DNA of 64,000 nt from the human T2T-CHM13v2.0 reference genome, Homo sapiens (GCF_009914755.1 NC_060934.1), one strand, 5' to 3'; numbered from the stretch's first letter, positions 1 through 16,473 are shown. Notes: generated by a model from the sequence alone, not told the origin. Translations and numbers: made by a program.

Positions 1-1024
1 AGTTTAAATTAATAATATTTCTGGAAGGTAAACACAGATGATAGAAAATTTATAAGCTTTTATACTATAAAAATTTCATACTATTTTCAAAAATGGAAGT
101 TGCCTATGGTCATAAAAGACTCTAGATTTATACTAACTGGTAAAATCTTGGTAATGTTATAGCATCATGTAAGTTCCTAAGCCAGTTTTATATTTATGTG
201 CCCCTCCCGTGCTCTGCTTCTCCAACTTCACAGACATATAGAGGTGGTCACCACAGGAAGGAATGCCAGACACAGTTGAGGGGCTACCTTACTTTGCAGA
301 GACGTTTAGTTTGGTGCCATGGAGAAGTCAACTCTGTTATTTACTGCTTACACAAAACAGTTATCTGCTGGGATTGAAGTCTAGAATTAGGTTTAAAAAT
401 AAAAATAAATAACATCATGGACAACAACAAAATAGGAGGCCACCACGCTGATGATGAAAGATTCTCAGGCTATAGCCCCACTTGTTTGAGGACGCAGCCA
501 GGAATTGTGCATGTTCTTGGAAGTCCTGGAGGTGTGCTCCTCATTAGCAAGCCATGCCAAAACTGTGCCATTAAAATCAGTCCTTCAGAGGCTTTGTTCA
601 CAGAGGCCTGTTTAGCCTTTTTCATTCTCTTTATGTTCAGCTATGAGGGCTGAATTCATAGTTTCTGTCATAGTGTATGTGTTTTTAAGACAAAAATGGA
701 GAGAGAATATGAAAACACAAGCAACTTTTCCCTAACCTATTTTATAGTTAAATAAAAGGAGAAAGAGAGATCAGCATGGGAGCATTTCCTAGAAGGGTCT
801 GCTTGCTCAACAAAAGCCAGAGGGGGATGAGGCTAGGCCTGAGTCCTTGTAAAGAAATGAAGACGCTTACCCAGTACCTCATCTTACCGCCAGCAGAATT
901 TCAGTGCTCAGCGGAGTGACCCCCTTGAAAGCAAAGTCCACATTCAGCGTGACCTTTTAATTCTTTTCAAGAGTTGTGTAAATTTACAAAATGATAGGAT
1001 TATGTGAACATTCTTTTAAAATTA

Positions 1025-1490
<466 letters not shown>

Positions 1491-1519
1491 CGAAATTTTT
1501 TTTTTTACATATTTTTTTA

Positions 1520-1815
1520 GGCCAGACACATTGGCTCAAGCCTGTAATCCCAGCATTCTGGGAGGCCAAGAAGAGTGGATCACTTGAGCCCAGGAGTTGG
1601 AGACCAGCCTGGTCAACATGGCAAATCCCCATCTCCACAAAAAAATACAAAAATTAGCCAGGTGTGGTGGTGTGTGCCTGTAGTCCCAGCTACTCAGGAA
1701 GCTGAGGTGGGAGGATCACTTGTGCCCAGGGAGGTTGAGACTGCAGTGAGTCAAGATTGCACCACTGCACTCTAGCCTGGACGACAGAGTGAGACTGTCT
1801 CAAAACAACAAAAAA
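1520..1815 (+). mobile_element. Alu (AluJ-like)
   Basis: Alu consensus with gatcacttgagcccagg. Confidence 0.92.
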
Positions 1816-2489
1816 TAATAATTTTGTAGTGATTTAACATGTCTTTGGAAAGATGTGGTATTGAATCTTCTACAGTTTGTTACATATTCGATCGCTACGC
1901 ACTCCTGCTAACTCATGTAGGGATATGTGACACAATTGGAAGAGATGATGAAACCGTCTTTGGGCATTGAAAGACTAAAGCAAATGAAGTTAAGAACAGA
2001 AGACTCATCATTAACTGGACTCTGAAAGAGATAACCAGAAAACAGTAGGAGACTAGAGTGATTAGTTCTTGACCTGGAGTGTTCTTACTTCTAAGTGGAT
2101 GAAGAAGAACAAATTTGAAGGCTTAAGGCTTAAAGAAGCCTTTAAATTGACTATGGAGAAAGGGAGAATAATGCTCAAGAAAACTCATAGACCTCACCAG
2201 TACACAGTAAGACAAAAGTAAATTAGGAAAAAATAATGTCTGGGAGATAGTAGACTTTCAGTATTTGTTTACTGGTGAATGGATGAGCCATTAGCAGTGA
2301 ATTATGAATATGCTTGAGGTTTCTTGTGAGTCACCTGAGAAACGATTAATAAATGAGAACTTTTTATAACCCACAGCCAGAGTATATAGATGATAATGGT
2401 GAGCGGAAAGTTGGAAAAAAGTTTAAAAGAGAACAGGCTATTGATATTTTTACGTAGAGAGAAGAAGAAAAGTTCACCTCCTATTTGGC

Positions 2490-2788
2490 TTTTTTTTTTT
2501 TTTTTTTTGAGACGGAGTCTCGCTCTTTCGCCCAGGCCGGTGTGCAGTGGTGTGATCTTGGCTCACTATAAGCTCTGCCTCCTGGGTTCAAGCCATTCTC
2601 CTGCCTCAGCCTCCCGAGTAGCTGGGACTACAGGCGCCAGCCACCGCGCCCGGCTAATTTTTTGTATTTTTAGTAGAGACAGGGTTTCACCATGTTAGCC
2701 AGGATGGTCTCGATCTCCTGACCTCGTGATCTGCCCGCGTCGGCCTCCCAAAGTGCTGGGATTACAGGTGTGAGCCACTGTGCCCGGC
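2490..2788 (-). mobile_element. AluY-like
   Basis: poly-T then gagacggagtctcgc...gttagccaggatggtctcgatctcc; flanked by cctat(t/c)tggcttt direct repeat. Confidence 0.95.
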
Positions 2789-3163
2789 CCCTATCTGGCT
2801 TTTCACCATGATCAGTTTAAAAGAAGACAGGGCAAGGAGAGAGGGCATGTTAGCTAGTTTCAAGTATTCGAAGGGATTTCTTCTAAAGGAGGTATTGAAC
2901 TTATTTTGCCTGATTCCAGAGGATGGGGAAGGAAGGAAACATCACATGTTCAGCCAAATTAGCCAAGTAAACCTGCTCTCAGTTGCAGCCAGACCTCCCT
3001 GCCCTTAGATTCTAGGAAAATAGTAAAGAAGACGAAGAACAAGACCTCAGTGTATCCTTTTACTACAAGTGACTGTAAATCAACTATAAAATTAGCCATG
3101 TTTGTAAATTAAAGTTATAATTTTGGCCCAATAATTTATAACATATCTGTTTGTTGTTTGTAG

Positions 3164-3392
3164 GAGTGGTTCTAATTAAAGCCCAGATTTCAGAGCTGGC
3201 ATTTCCTCTTACAGCAGCTCAGAAGATATCTCTAAATGCTCACAGTTCTCTGAAGAGTATTTTTTCTTCTCTTCCCAACATCATATATACTGGCTGTGCA
3301 AAATGTGGATTGGAACTAGAAACAGATGAGAACAGGATCTACAAACAATGTTTTAGCTGCTTGCCATTTACTATGAAGAAAATATATTATAG
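3164..3392 (+). pseudogene. SHLD2P3: SHLD2 paralog antepenultimate exon (229 nt), includes CxxC-x14-CxxC
   Basis: tttgtag|GA acceptor, AG|gtaagg donor; encodes GVVLIKAQ...[34 protein letters not shown]. Confidence 0.9.
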
Positions 3393-4056
3393 GTAAGGCA
3401 ACTAAGCAAGCCAATTTGATGGAAAATAATTATTATAGATCTGGAAAAACTAGTCTGTAAACTCTTACTTTCTAAAAAGAATTAACTAGAGCTAGTCGAA
3501 GAGAATAAAATTTTCCCTGAGTGATAGATAGCTATTTATGGTAGCAAAAATTACCCAGGAATCGTTATAGGAATTTCTTAAAGATAGGAATTTCTTAAAG
3601 CAGTAATTGGGAGATTTTATTGTCTTCAAACAGCTGTACCAAAGAAACATTTTCCTTGGTTTACTTTTTAACCAAAATCTAAATGCTCATAAATAACTCA
3701 TTTTCCCACCTTAACATATAATTAGAATTTAAAGGCTAAAAGTATCATATGATGTCACCTCTGAGTTGTTGTGGAAGCTAGTAAGACATTTAAGCTGTTT
3801 TCCCACCTTTACCTTAGAAATTAAAGCCAGCAAATAAATGTTGTATGGTAAAACTGCTAATCAGCTCAGTGAAAAACACATTGTTTTTTGAATAATAGGT
3901 AGTCAAAAGCTCAGACATTTTTCTCTTTACCTTATAAATTACATGTGTTTACAAAATAGCACTCAGTGTTTTATGCTCCTTATGATTATTTCTAAATATT
4001 GCGGTATCTAAAAACTAAATTCAGATATATTCCACATGTTATCATGGCATACTTCA

Positions 4057-4495
<439 letters not shown>

Positions 4496-4862
4496 TGCAT
4501 GGTATGTAACAAACAACATTGATTTATTAATAGTTAAGGCCCCTCAAAAGTATGTATAGGTGACTTATTTATATCATTCCAAATGTTTCTATTCAATATA
4601 AGCATTTATTGGACAAAAATACTGCTCAATACTATTCCTTATGGGGAGGAGGGCCTTTGAATCTTTAGTTTACAAAATGACTGTTCAAGAGAAGGACTTC
4701 ACAGATCAGTATCACCTGATTATGGCATAACTAGTATGAGGTATTTAAGATCTCTTCCTAAACTATACCACATTAAAGATGTAGTGCTAGTTTGTTGTCT
4801 TACTAGAATGTTGAATGGTCATGTTAAGGCAAGAATTATTATTTTTTATTTATTTAAAAGCC

Positions 4863-5170
<308 letters not shown>

Positions 5171-5809
5171 TAAATTATTAGAGTCCAGATTATGTGGTTT
5201 CCTTGGAAAGAAAATATTGAAATTAACAAACTCCCTTCAAGTTATCAAGTATGTGACTCCAAAATCATCTATATAAATCAATCAGCAAACTGAATAAGAG
5301 AAAACTCTCATTGATTATTTTTCTAAGACTCAGTCAAATATTTATTAGGAATCCACGTATGTTCACATATCACATGTGTACTGTGGATGTTATACTAGTT
5401 GATCTAAGTAGACTTATTGTGCCCAAGAAGCTTGGTAGTCCATTTAAGAAACACTTAATGAACATTTGTGTGGCACAACAGTCCCAAACTATGAGTGGGT
5501 TGATCATATTTTACATTGGTTGTAACTTGGAGCTGATTTTCCAATGGAAGCAACATTAGATATTGCAATGGAGTCTCATACGAGGCCACAGACATTTATT
5601 AAATTAACATGTAGATAGCATAGTTCCTGCTCTTCAAGCTATCATAAAACTCAAATACCATTTTTAACAATGTTTCTACAGAATATTCAGATTTACATTT
5701 TTGGAATACAAGAAATACATTTATTTTTCTGTACTGGAAGCAAAAAACCCCAGCAGGTCAAACCACAATTAAGGCTCCTATTTAGGCAGCACTAGGAAAT
5801 GTTTGGGTC

Positions 5810-6100
5810 TCTCAAGAGGTTGTAATCAAGGTGTAGGCTGGGGCTGCAGTCATCTGAAGGCTTGACTGGGGCTGGAGGATTCATTTCCAAAGTGGCTCAT
5901 TCATATGGCTGACAAGTTGAGTTCCTCTTCACTTGGGTGTCTCCACGGGCTGCCTGAATGTTCTCACAAAGTGGCAGCTCATTTCCTCAGAGCAGGAAAG
6001 GCAAGAAAGAGAGTTCCAGGTGGAAGCCAGCCTTTTTGTGACCTAGACTCAGAAGTCATGTGGCATCACTTCTATCAAATTCTGTTCATCAGAAGTGAGT
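5810..6100. mobile_element. MaLR LTR fragment (MLT1-like)
   Basis: ggggctgcagtcatctgaaggcttgactggggctggagga. Confidence 0.7.
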
Positions 6101-6104
6101 TTAG

Positions 6105-7400
6105 CTGTGCGTTGGAGAGTGGATTAGAATGAAGCTAGTGCAGAGAAGCGGTAAGAGGCTGTTGCCTTATTTTGGAGGGGAGATGATGGTGGCTTGACTA
6201 GAGAGGAAGCGGTAGGAATAAAAAGAAGTGGACAGATTTGAGAATGGTCGGAAAATAGTTTGCAAGATGTAGTGATTGGTAGGTAAAGAGAGAGCACAGG
6301 TACATTGCAAATCATTGACAGTTGGGTGAACAATAAGATTATTTATTAAAACAAGTAACCTTGGGAGAAATCTTGATCATATTGAGCTTGAGTTCCTGAG
6401 AGGTAACAAGTTGGAAAGTGGTTAGATGTAAAGAAATGCAATTTGCAAGAGAAGTCTGGGCTAGGCTTATAAGGTTATCTGTGGTGATTGAACTTTTCCT
6501 TGGTTTCTGCACCCTGTTTTGTTTTTCCTTCTTAATCTTCAGTGATTACCTCTCATAATGGATTATTCTTACTAGCCTATAAAGACAGTCCCATATTTCT
6601 CTTATTAAAAAACAAACAAAATCATCCATTAACATTACATCTCCCTCTTATCCCTTCGTTTTTCTATTCTGTTTTATACCCAGCCAAACTTTGTTAAAGA
6701 GTTGTAAATATACTCTCTCTCCCCTATTATGTCTTCAGTTTCACTTCAGTTATTCCATTCTACTCCTACCATGCTGCAGAAGCTGCTTTTGTCAAAGTTA
6801 CACTTTTGATGTTGCCTGAGGCATGGATACTTCTTTCCTCGCTCTAACTGCTCTCAGTTATATTCAGCATGTCAGTCCACTTCCTCCTTCTTGAAACAGC
6901 CTCCTCCTTGCTTTCTAACCTGTCTCTCAGGCCCTTCTTTCTCAGCCTTTTCTACCCCCTCTTTAAATGCTGGGGTTAATCTTGAGCTCTCGTCTGTGTC
7001 CTTCCTCTTATTCTTTCTGTACATTCTGCCTGGATGATCACAGCTGTTTTCGTATTTGTACTTAACATCTTCACCCTGATTTTCTCCTCCAGGCTCCAGT
7101 AGTCAGGTATCAAATTCTTTGCTTGATGTCCATCTCACATTTAAACATACCCACAATAGACTCTTGTTTTTCCTAAAACCACACTCAAATCTAGTTCTCT
7201 TCGTTTTTATACTTTCTGGAAAATGGCACACCATCTACCCAATTATTTAGGCTGGAAACCTGGGCACAATCGTTGCATCATTTTCTCTTCCCTACCTCCC
7301 CTATCTAATCTATTAGCAAGTCCTAGGAATTTTCATTCAGAACTATATCACAAATTCATCCACTTTTTTCCATCTCCACTGCTAACATCTTAGTCCAGTG
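6105..7400. mobile_element. Degenerate L2 fragments
   Basis: L2-like motifs, e.g. gagatgatggtggcttgactag, ccacttcctccttcttgaaac. Confidence 0.6.
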
Positions 7401-7999
7401 TATCTCAGCAGGGGCATTGTTGACATTTTTCTCAGGACAGTTTCTCATTATGTACCATATCCCACATGCTGCGGGGCATGTGGCATCCCTGTTTACCTTC
7501 CCCTAGCTGAACCTCAATTACTGTGAAACCAAAATGGAAAGTCAGTGCCTGCTGGTCTGGAATCACTCAGGCCTCATCTGAGTCCCTACTACCTATTGCG
7601 CAAACCAGCACACCAGCAGTCTCTTGGTGGGGCTCCTCCTGGCCTTGCCTCCTCCCCTTTATTCTCCACCCGTTGGCAGTGTGATTACCCTTTGCTTCAC
7701 CCATCAGTCATCTCCTTGTGCTTGTTTCCTCTGCAGTCTCATCTGCTGCCACTCCCCTGTCGTCCAGCACTCTAGCCACGTGGCCTTCTTTCAGTTCTTC
7801 AGACATTTTGATTTTTCTCCTTAGGATGTTCTCGAATGTCTTCCCTCTGTCTGACTCCACAAGGCTGGTTTCTTCATGTCTTAGATTAAATGCTGCTCTA
7901 TCAGAGAGGCCTTTCCTAACCACCCTTCTTTATTTTCTGTTATAGTAGCCTGGGTGTGCTTACTGTAATTTGTATTTGCATACTGTCTTTTCTAAAAAA

Positions 8000-8960
8000 C
8001 ATTTTTACTGAAGTTAAAATTCATATACCATCAAATTAATCTTCTGAAATGTACAATTCAATGGCTGTAGTATATTCCAAGGGCTGTGTAGCTATCACCA
8101 CAACCAGTTAGGACATTTTCATTACCCAGCCCTTTACAAAGCCTCATACTCATTAGCAGTCACTCTCCATTCCCCATGCCCCTCAACCCATGGCAACTAC
8201 GAATCTGCTTTCTGTCTCTATAGATTTGTCTGTTCTAGATATTTTATATAAATATTATATAATATGTGATCTTTTGTGACTGGCTTCACTTAGCATGATG
8301 TTTTCAAGGTCCATCCATGTTGTAGCATGTATCACTACTTCATTCCTTTTTATTGCAAAATAATATTTTATTGTATGCACATACCACATTTTATTTATCC
8401 ATTCATCAGTTGATGGACAATTGGGTTGTTTCTACTCTTTGGCTATTATGAATGATGCTGCTGTGAACATTTGTGTACAAGTTTTTGTGTGGATATGTGT
8501 GTTCATTTCTCTTGGGTATATATCTAGGAGTGGTGGAATTGCTGGGTCATATGGTAACTGTCTGTTTAACCTTTTGAGGAACTACCAGGCTGTTTTCCAA
8601 AATTGCTGCACAATTTTACATTCTCATCAGCAATATGAGGGTTGTAATTTCCCCATATTCTTGCCAGTACTTCTTATTCCGTTTTTCTTTTTGTTGCATG
8701 TGCTTTCGGGTCATATCTAAGAAAGGTGTCATTTCTAAGCCAAGGTTATGGAGATTTGCTCCCGTATTTTCTTCTAAGAGTTTAGTAGTTTTACCTCCTA
8801 CATTTAGGTTTATTATCTACTTTGAGTTAAGTTTTGTATATGGGATAAGGAAGGGGTATAATTTTATTTTTTGGCATGTGGATATCTAGTTGTCCCAGCA
8901 TGAATTTTTGAAAAGACTGTTCCATCCCTGTTTAGTCATCTTGGCACCACTGTTGAAAAG
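8000..8960 (-). mobile_element. L1M (L1MB-like) 3' region
   Basis: ttcaaggtccatccatgttgtagcatg...ggaattgctgggtcatatggta. Confidence 0.88.
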
Positions 8961-8969
8961 CTTATTTTC

Positions 8970-9104
8970 TTTCTTCTTCTTTTTGTAGAGATGAGGTCTC
9001 GTTGTGTTGCCCAGGCTGGTCTCAAACTCCTGGCCTCAAGCAGTCCTCCTCACCTTGGCATCCCAAAGCGCTGGGATTACAGGCATGAGCCACCGCGCAT
9101 GCCC
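8970..9104 (-). mobile_element. Alu monomer (FLAM/AluJ left arm)
   Basis: Single Alu arm. Confidence 0.85.
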
Positions 9105-10171
9105 AATTTCTTCCTATCCCTCTACAGTTTTACGTTCCTTGAGTGACGGAACCAGATTTGTCTTTTTCACTAGTGGGTACCCAGCACTTACCACAGTCCA
9201 TGATAGATACTCAGTTTGTATTTGTTGAAATAAATAATGGAGGGAGAGAGAGGCTGAGGAAAGAGTGTAGAGTGAAAAGAGGAAGGAACATAGAGTCATC
9301 GTGTGAATAAAGGGGGAAGTGGGTTTTTAGGGGGAAAATCAGTAGTTATGTTTTAGCTCTGTTACATTAAATTCCCCCGCTAATGAGCCTGTTTCTGAAT
9401 TCTGTTCTCAATTTATTTTTTAAAAATCAATGTAGTTATAAAATAGGTACCACATGCCATGGTTAAAATGCACACTACATAGGAGGTTATAAAACAAAGA
9501 GTGAAAGTCTCCTTCACCATCCAACCCTCTCCCACCAGTGCTGCTTCCATGCTGGTGAGAAGGTTTTTTGTATGTCCTTCCAGTGATTTATTATGTTCAT
9601 CCCAGCACATGTGTATCCCTTTCTTTAGAAGCATGTGGACAGAAGAATATTGTTCATATTGTTGTTCCCTAGAGTCTATCCTGGTGCTCCTTCCCTAATA
9701 GCACTTGCAAATGTTCTTCATTCTTTTTATCAGCTACATAGCATTAAGATGTAGGATGCACTGAAAATTGTTAATCCAGTTTTATTGATATGCAAAACAG
9801 TTTATTTCTGATAGGAAAGAATTCAGTTGAAAAAAGTAACTTGAAATTGTGATTGTGAAATATGTGATTATTATTTTTATTTTCATTTCTAAAAATAATT
9901 TATAAAACAGTTTAATATATTTTTATATTAGTATCTGAAATTTAAAAATGGATATAGAATAAATAAAATGTAGTAATTTATCATTTGAAGCTCTTGGGGA
10001 AAAAAAAACCTTTTTTTCCTTCTAGGATGTCACAGAACATCCTAGAGTTGTTTTAAGCATTAAAATTAATCCTGCATAAAAACCAAGTGCTTTTTGGAAT
10101 TATTTTTCATTTAAGCATTTCTTTTATTTGAAAATCTTTTTGAAGGTCGTGTGTTGTTTACTCTTCTGTAG

Positions 10172-10287
10172 GCCAGCGTTAATGACTGCCGTTGATGGAA
10201 GACATAATGTTTACATCCATGTAGAATCAAAGCTGATAGAGAAGATTCTTCTCAACATTTCTGCAGACTGCCTCAACAGAGTGATAG
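10172..10287 (+). pseudogene. SHLD2P3: SHLD2 paralog penultimate exon (116 nt)
   Basis: cttctgtag|G acceptor, G|gtaata donor; encodes [38 protein letters not shown]; phases match both neighbours. Confidence 0.9.
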
Positions 10288-12092
10288 GTAATATATCAGT
10301 GTGCCATCAAGAAGTTGTTTTATTCAGGAGTATAAATGGTATATCAGAACAGAAAGAGCACTGTACTTTAAATTAAGAGCTTTTCTGTCCATATGAAAAC
10401 AGAAGGATAATTTAGCTTAAGTGAAATATAAGCCTATGTAAGTTAGAAGGTTGACTTGCTTTACACCTGTTAGTACATGAACAGCGGGAGGCACCTAATT
10501 TCTTCTTAACCTACATTTCCTGTTGGTAAGCAAAAACTATTTTACTTAACTCTAGTTTTATAAGAATGAAGTCAATGAGTGTATGACATAATATATATGA
10601 AGATAGTCCAGTGTCAGTGGAATGGATTTGCAAGATCTTCAACCATGATGTCTTAGTTGTCAGTGGCTAAGAATAAAGCAAAGATAATATATTTGTCAGG
10701 TATTCAAACTCCATTCCTGTTCTCATTAGCCTCAGATCCTCTAAGCTGATGAGCTAATCTGGTTCTGTGATTGCTTTATCTTTCAATAGTAGATTGTTTT
10801 TTGTGTTTTTTTTTAGTTGGGGGTGTCTAGTAATTTTGAGTTGAATGCTGAACGTTGCATATATTAAGTAGAACAGTACAAACTGAGGTAAATAGTAGTT
10901 GTACCTGGAAACAGGCATGCCTCTTCTGGTCCTTTACTGGAGGTGAGGGGTGAGCAGGATGGTCAGCCTTGTCATAAGTTGAGTTGGATTCAGGTTTTGT
11001 TGTTTCTCTGGTTACCTTCAGGTCACCACTGGTTTCAAATTATCTTGTGCTTATGGTGGGAAGTGGTTCCCCAGTATTCCTGCTCCACCATCAGCATAGC
11101 CCTCCACTCTGCACCTGGGCCTCAGAGAAAGTTTCTTTCCATATTCTTGCACCTCCCCAAGTTGCACAAGCTTTTGTTGGTTGTTATTTGGTGCATCCTA
11201 ACCTGGTGGGTGGGAGCAGGGTTGTTCCTCTTTGATTCTGGTCCAGCCCCAGTCTTATACGGATGTTGCACATGGCGCTTTCTTGGTAGCCCTGTCCCTT
11301 ATGTGGCATGGCAGCTGAGCTCTGTCTTGTGCCTTTAGTGGGTCTTGTGTGGTCCTGGCCCTGCCCCAGCAGTAGGGGACCACTAATGGTCTTGACCCAG
11401 GGTGGTTTTTCAGTCCTCCCCCAGGATGGAGGTTTTTTTTTTTCTTTTTTCTTTCCCCCATCTGTACTGGTTCCTCACCTGTACCCTGGGGCAACAGGAT
11501 TTGGTGTCCCTCCTCCAGCAATTGAAGGCTTTTGTTCCTTAAAGGGGAGGCCAGATGGTGCTTTGTGTTTTGTAGTTGGAAGCTTTCTCTGATGTCTTGC
11601 CCTGCCCCCAGTCTTATGAGCACCTGGTGGAGGTGAGACGTACTATGTGGAAGAGCCTATGAGGATGCAGATGTTCCTTATGTTGCTGACACTGGCAGTT
11701 CATTGGCTTTTTGCAATTAATTTATTAATAAAAATTAATCACATTCTTCTTTCCTGCCTGTATGGAGGACCTGTCTTCTTCCCAAGGCCTGCCCCAAGGG
11801 AACCTGTGCTCCTGTTCCATCTCCCTGGAGGCACCTGTCTCCTTATGTTTCAGTCTTTTTGGCTGTTTTACAACCTTGGTTCTCATGTGTATTCAAGAAA
11901 ATGATGATTTTATATTTATTCAGTTTTTTCCAGTAACTGTTAGGGTAGGAGCCACTTTTTCCAGCTTTCTACATCTTAATTAGAAGCCTCTCTCCGTTTT
12001 TTCCCCCATTTTCTTTATTTCATTTTTATTCTTTTGGCTATTTTCATTCCTTTTCTTAATGTTACTTATATATTTTCAGTGTTATCTCTTCT

Positions 12093-12385
<293 letters not shown>

Positions 12386-13136
12386 ATCTCTTCTTTTTTG
12401 CATAATGTAAATTAGTCTTTATCTCTTAGAGAAGCATAATTCTCATATCACATATACTTCAGTGTTTTGTCCATTCTTGAGACAATTAAAGTTGTACTTC
12501 TTGGCATTAATTAGATTGTGATCATAAGTCAAAATGTCATTGGTCATAAAGTGGTCATCAGACCATGCAGACTATTACTAATATTGGTTATGTTTTAGTT
12601 TATTGCAGTGAAAATACAAAATTTAAAAGTTATTGTAGAGAATTATCATACCCCCCAAAATATGTCATTGGTCCTCCAGGACTCTGTAGTCCCCATCCAA
12701 GAAAGACTGTGATAATTGTCAAGGGGTTAGTACAGTCTGAGCATGGTCGATGGTGCTCTGTCATTCTGGTATTGAACAACCTCCCAAATGTCTTGATTAC
12801 ATGTCCTAAAAAAGTGAGGGGAAGAGTGTAGGACAAATGCAAAATAAAATAACACATTTAGCTATACTTTTAGTATTTTTTATTATTGAGATTCAATATT
12901 TAAGTGACCGATTCAAGATTCTTTTATATAAAAAATGAATATATGCATAAGTAACTGTGATAAGAACTGTGGATGGATAAGAGCACTCGTCTGATGTACT
13001 GCAGCATAACCAGAACTGCTGTTGGTCTGAACGGTGTGTTATCTGGGCCTGTTTCTTGTGTCAGGGGGATCACATGCTGTCACTCTGGAGTGCCTCAATA
13101 GCTTGTAACTAGAAAGAGAAGGTATAGAAAGAGTAG

Positions 13137-13455
<319 letters not shown>

Positions 13456-13567
13456 TAAAATGGGTTTGAGACTTGAGGAACCAAAAGAAACAATGAAACC
13501 ATTCAATGTGTGTGCTCCTGTCAAGCTAGCAGCGATCTTGAGAGCTCTGTGTTTTCGTCTTCTGCAG

Positions 13568-13767
13568 TTCCTTCCTCAGAGATCACCTATGGGATGGTTG
13601 TGGCAGACCTGTTCCACTCCTTGTTGGCAGTCAGCGCAGAACCTTGTGTATTGAAGATTCAGAGCCTTTTTGTGTTAGATGAAAACAGCTATCCATTACA
13701 ACAAGATTTCTCCCTCCTGGATTTTTATCCTGACATGGTAAAGCATGGAGCCAATGCCCGTCTCTGA
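13568..13767 (+). pseudogene. SHLD2P3: SHLD2 paralog last exon, coding part to TGA
   Basis: tcttctgcag|TT acceptor; encodes [20 protein letters not shown]...HGANARL*. Confidence 0.9.
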
Positions 13768-14527
13768 GGCCAGAGGAAGAAATTGCAGGCATTTCAAGGA
13801 AGAAGTACTGAAATGATTTGTCTTTTGAAATAAATGAATGACAGGGCTTTTGCTTTGGATTTTTTATGAAATATATTTTACAAAGAGAATTGCACTAGAT
13901 ATATAAATTAAAACTTTTTTCTAAGAAAATCCTGTGAGGTTTAAAAAGATTGTTTTTGTCTTTTGGTTTCTTCCTTTCTTCTGGAGAAATGATCTACCAG
14001 TCAAGGCAATATGTAGCAGATCCCTGGGAATTAAAGGTTTGCCCATTTGTTCACTGTATTTAGTCCCTGCTACATTCCAGGCATCGTACTAAGTATGGGG
14101 AACCACAGAGAAGACACTCCTTCAGAAACTGCTGCAGTGCTTTCGCTTATCCCTACCTAAAAAACCGTCAATGTGAAATCATTTCCTTGATTATAACTAT
14201 AATGATAATGGATTAGTTTATATAAACCTATGTTTAGACAAGTTCAAGACAAGCGTGTCTTTCTATAAAAAGTATTGAAAGTGAAGGAAATGAGATCATG
14301 TTTCAATTTATTAAAGCAGGGAAGAGCGTTCTGTGGTTAGTTCGTGTCTAGGATTTGAGTGCCTTACTGAATGTATTTACCAGCAAACATGTAGCAATCT
14401 GTTCTCTCATTGTGATTGTGGAAGAAGCTCATGTAAAATGATAGTCATTAATGAGGAAGTATGGCGTGGTACTTATTCTGTAAGTTCAGAGTATGCTGAG
14501 TGTTAATAGATTGTCATATTGCCTGAA

Positions 14528-14533
14528 AATAAA
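14528..14533 (+). terminator. Candidate poly(A) signal of SHLD2 paralog (a proximal AATAAA also at 13829-13834)
   Basis: AATAAA ~760 nt after the stop, followed by T/GT-rich sequence. Confidence 0.55.
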
Positions 14534-15399
14534 TTCATGATGACATGAACAAGCTTCTTTTACCCTGTGTATGTTTTTAAAAATTCCTTTGGTTCAGAGG
14601 TGGTTGTTGTTTTTTAACTTGGCTTCCCTAAGAACGAACCACAAGAGTTTTGTGATTCTTTCAAAAATAATATGCCAAAATGCCTTTGTGGGAGCACACA
14701 CACACAAATGCATGTTTCTGTGGAGAAGGATCCATAGCTTTCAACAAATCCTCAGAGGGTTCTGTGACCAAGAAAGGTAAGAACAAGGCTTTAACTGATG
14801 AGTTTCTTTGTGGGGTAGATAAGGGAATTAGAGCAAATGATTGCCAAAGTTTTGTCTAGCAACTAATAAGGTGGGTACAGAAAGAATTGACTCCATTTTG
14901 TATCTAGAGAGACTGGAATTCAAACAAAATCATTGGCTCCCTTCAATGATTCGTTGAATGGGTGATGAAACTTGAGCCTGTAGTTGACGCCTTCTAATCT
15001 GTGCTCTCTCAACTATAACCACACTAGGCAGAGATTTGGAATTCTGATATAAAATCTGCCCAGTCAATATAGGCCAACCAAGAGAGCTGTTCGCTTAAGT
15101 GTGCCCTTCCCCACTTCGTCCTCAAGTGGAGACCTAATCCCTACATCAACCAGAACATAATCCCCAGGAAGAGATGGCTCTTCACATCCTATTGGGAAGA
15201 AATCTTTAAACCATTTCAGGTGAGTCAACAGATCACACCAACATCTCTTCACAGTTGTTGGTATGTATTTCATTAATTAACACATATTTCCAGGAGCCCT
15301 TATTTAGGTTGGGAACTGTTTCCTCCAGTCCTGAGGAATCTGAGCTATCTACAGAAGTTATGAGCTATTTAAGTGGGATCAGGATCAGCCCATTGCTCC

Positions 15400-15744
15400 T
15401 GCTATGGTCTGAATGTGTCCTCCCAAAATTCTTACGTTGAAACCTCATCTCTGATGGCATTCAGAAGTGGGGCATCTGGGAGGTGATTAGATCATGAGGG
15501 CTCTGCCCTTGTGAATGGGATCAGTGCCCTTACGAAAGTGGCCCGAGGGAGCTTCTTTGTCCCCTTCTGCCACAGGATACAGCCAGAAGGTGTCATCTTT
15601 GAAGCAGAGAGCAAGCCCTCACTAGATTCTCAATTTTCTGGCACCTTGATCATCCCAGCCTTCAAACTGTAAAAAATAAGTTTCTGTTACTTATAAATTG
15701 CCCAGTCTGTTATTTTGTTATAGCACCCAGAATGGACTAAGACA
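15400..15744 (+). mobile_element. MaLR solo LTR (MST/MLT1A-like)
   Basis: tgctatggtctgaatgtgtcc...aatggactaagaca termini. Confidence 0.85.
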
Positions 15745-16473
15745 CCTTCTGTGTGTATTCTTTACCTGAGTTGACAAGTAAGTGTCTTTATTCTGTTATG
15801 TTTTCATAAAACTCAGTGGGGTAGCCAGAGTGTCATCCAGCAGTCCCATATCTGGCAGTCTTATGGTGGGCATTTCAGGGAGACCTCATTCTTCATCTTC
15901 TGTTAGTTCAGCTTGCAGGGACAGCTCTCCTATTTTTAGAGAATCATTTTTATTTGTTAGTCACTTAGTTTCCCCAGAGGTATCCTTTTTCTAACAGCGT
16001 TAGAGGCATTCACCTTTCTCCCCACTAGTAAGATCTGTGCTGTTTCATTTTACATCTTTTTTTTTTTTTTGGTTGGGGGAAAGGGGGCTGATCATCAAAT
16101 GAGTTGACAACATTGGGTGCATGATCCACCCTGCAGACGTTCGCTGAATGTCTACCATGTGCTAGGCACTGGAAATGCAAAGACACAAATGTCTGCCTTC
16201 TGTAAGTTCACAGGCAAGCTGGTGAAGAAATATTTAAACAAAATTATATCAGCGCCAGGATTAAATCTGTGTGGAATACAGAGCCAAGGCAAAAGAGGTA
16301 ACAGTAGGATGGGTTTGTTAGTCATGACTCTTGGTTGCAAGTGATAAAAACCCAACTCAGAGTAGCTTGAGCAAAAAAGGGGGACTTGATTGACTCACAT
16401 AAATGAGGGTAGTACCAGCTTAAGGCACAGTTGAATCCATTGGCCTAAATTACCTGGTTACCCCAACTCCCTA

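Noticed and set aside
3567-3600. Perfect 17-bp tandem duplication ataggaatttcttaaag
   Set aside because: Intronic slippage event 175 bp from the donor with no evident consequence.
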